From assembly GCF_006345805.1 (NCBI RefSeq), contig NW_021827827.1, forward strand, positions 1 to 9,834: 9,834 nucleotides of DNA, given 5' to 3'. Below are positions 8,557-9,834 of the stretch, one piece after another. The position numbers were made by a program, and so were the translations under genes. Numbering within the stretch: position 1 is the stretch's first letter; every line of letters starts with the position of its first letter. Source of the stretch: Octopus sinensis (lineage: Eukaryota). Under the pieces are notes generated by a model. It had not been told where the DNA came from and did no database searches. It was given only the letters and a program-made list of their open reading frames with translations.

Positions 8557-8579
8557 AATAATAATAATAATAATAATAA
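8438..8579. repeat. (AAT)n-(AAC)11-(AAT)n compound tract
   Basis: (AAC) block at 8521-8553. Confidence 0.97.
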
Positions 8580-9167
8580 GGGGGAGAAAATGTGACGATT
8601 CTTTGGCTCTTTCCACGATGTACAGACTGGACTATCAAAGCTAATAAATCAGATGTTGTTGTTATGAAAGACCAAAACAATGAAGTCTGTTTATTGATTG
8701 ACATGAGCATACCTTGTGGTCATAACATCTCGGCAAAAGAATTTGACAAGCTCAGAAATTTATATAAAGATTTGCTGATCGAAATCCAAAAGATGTGACA
8801 TCTCAAGACGGTTAGGAGCACTTGGAATAATTTAAAAAAAGAAACTGAAAATTATTTGAGAATGATCCCTGGCTTACCATCCATGCAAGGAAGTACAAAA
8901 GATTGTCTCAACTCGTACGTCACACGTATTGAGAAGAGCAGTGTCGCTGTGAATTTTTCTTTCCTTTTCCCCCGCCTTTATTTTATTTGTTTAATTTTCT
9001 ATTTTTTTATTTCTTCTCTCTGTCTTCCCCTTTTTCTCTAACACATGACTTCGTGAATGAACAATCTCATGTGTTTATTTTAACGGCCTACCAGTGTACA
9101 GCCCCGGGTGTCAGGGGGACACTCGGCAAGAAATGAAAGACAAATCTGACGGAAGAAGCTAACAGAG
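8580..9167 (+). mobile_element. 5'-truncated, degenerate R4/Dong-type LINE, family R4-B (RLE remnant 8583-8952 plus 3' UTR)
   Basis: GENVTILW...TDWTIKANKSDVVV.KD....CLLIDMSIPCGHNISAKEFDKL..YKDLLIEIQKM*HLKT...ETENYLRMIPGLPSMQ/EVQKIV...SHVLRRAVSL*. Collinear with R4-A but diverged, with stops and frameshifts; followed by (AAT)n. Confidence 0.85.
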
Positions 9168-9176
9168 TAATAATAA

Positions 9177-9254
<78 letters not shown>
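9168..9254. repeat. (AAT)n tract
   Basis: Source of the poly-I ORF 9088..9297(-). Confidence 0.98.
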
Positions 9255-9255
<1 letters not shown>

Positions 9256-9659
9256 TAACCAGTTGAGCATTCCCTTAGTGGCTGACGATATGTGCATCTC
9301 TGATCACGAGCAGAAGTAGTGGGGGAGCATCATAGCCATGTGTTGAGAAGGATTCTTTGGGGTTTGAATAATTCACCTCTGGAAACATGGGTGTTTCGTT
9401 CAACATCCTAAAGCAACCCTTATTCAGGGACCTTTTGAGCGGGATGTGCTACTCGACCAGAACAAAATTCTAACTGGGCCCCACCTTCAAGGTCATGTGC
9501 TGTTTATCTTGATATGAGATCACCATGTGGCGCACATATGGTTGTGATGCATGTGCCTAGTGCACCCTTATCAGACGGGTAGTCATGATGGGTATACTGG
9601 GCTTCGGATATTTTACCCCGGTGTCACTTTGATGGCATGCACTGCTCTCTCACTCACTC
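9255..9659 (+). mobile_element. Element X copy 4 (5'-truncated)
   Basis: Starts ttaaccagttgagc; ends ctctcactcactc + (AAT)n 9660-9675. Confidence 0.87.
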
Positions 9660-9675
9660 AATAATAATAATAATA

Positions 9676-9834
9676 GTGATTGTAGGAACACTAGGAATGA
9701 TTAAAAAAGGAACTGAAAATTATTTAAGAATGATCCCTAGCTTACCATCCATACAGGAAGTGCAAAAGATTGTCTTAACTGGTAAGTCACATGTATTGAG
9801 AAGAGCATTATCCCTGTCAATTTTGTTTTGCTTT
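9676..9834 (+). mobile_element. Second 5'-truncated R4-B fragment, runs off the window end
   Basis: VIVGTLGMIKKGTENYLRMIPSLPSIQEVQKIVLTGKSHVLRRALSL; clearly homologous to 8810-8952 at the DNA level. Confidence 0.85.

Noticed and set aside
7229-9659. CRISPR-like repeat-spacer array
   Set aside because: Units are hundreds of bp, variably truncated and separated by microsatellite, in a eukaryotic context with no cas genes.

Overview
Eukaryotic, repeat-saturated, intergenic or intronic DNA, most consistent with an octopus (coleoid cephalopod) genome. The taxon is inferred from recognised SINE/LINE families and was not confirmed by a search. No intact protein-coding gene is supported; almost all ORFs in the track are microsatellite or SINE read-throughs. 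Left two thirds: microsatellites, a mariner-derived MITE with an RTE LINE fragment inserted at its right end, three kinds of tRNA-derived SINE (two young copies with clear TSDs), a 39-bp minisatellite, and a ~200-bp Penelope-like unit carrying a minimal hammerhead ribozyme motif inside a (GATA)n tract. Right third (6582-9834): a same-strand, head-to-tail train of retroposed elements separated mostly by (AAT)n. It contains fragments of two R4/Dong-type (RLE endonuclease) LINE families and four copies of a ~560-nt non-coding, structured element ('element X') with no ORF and no tRNA head. This looks like an (AAT)n-targeted retroposition hotspot with a candidate non-autonomous partner.
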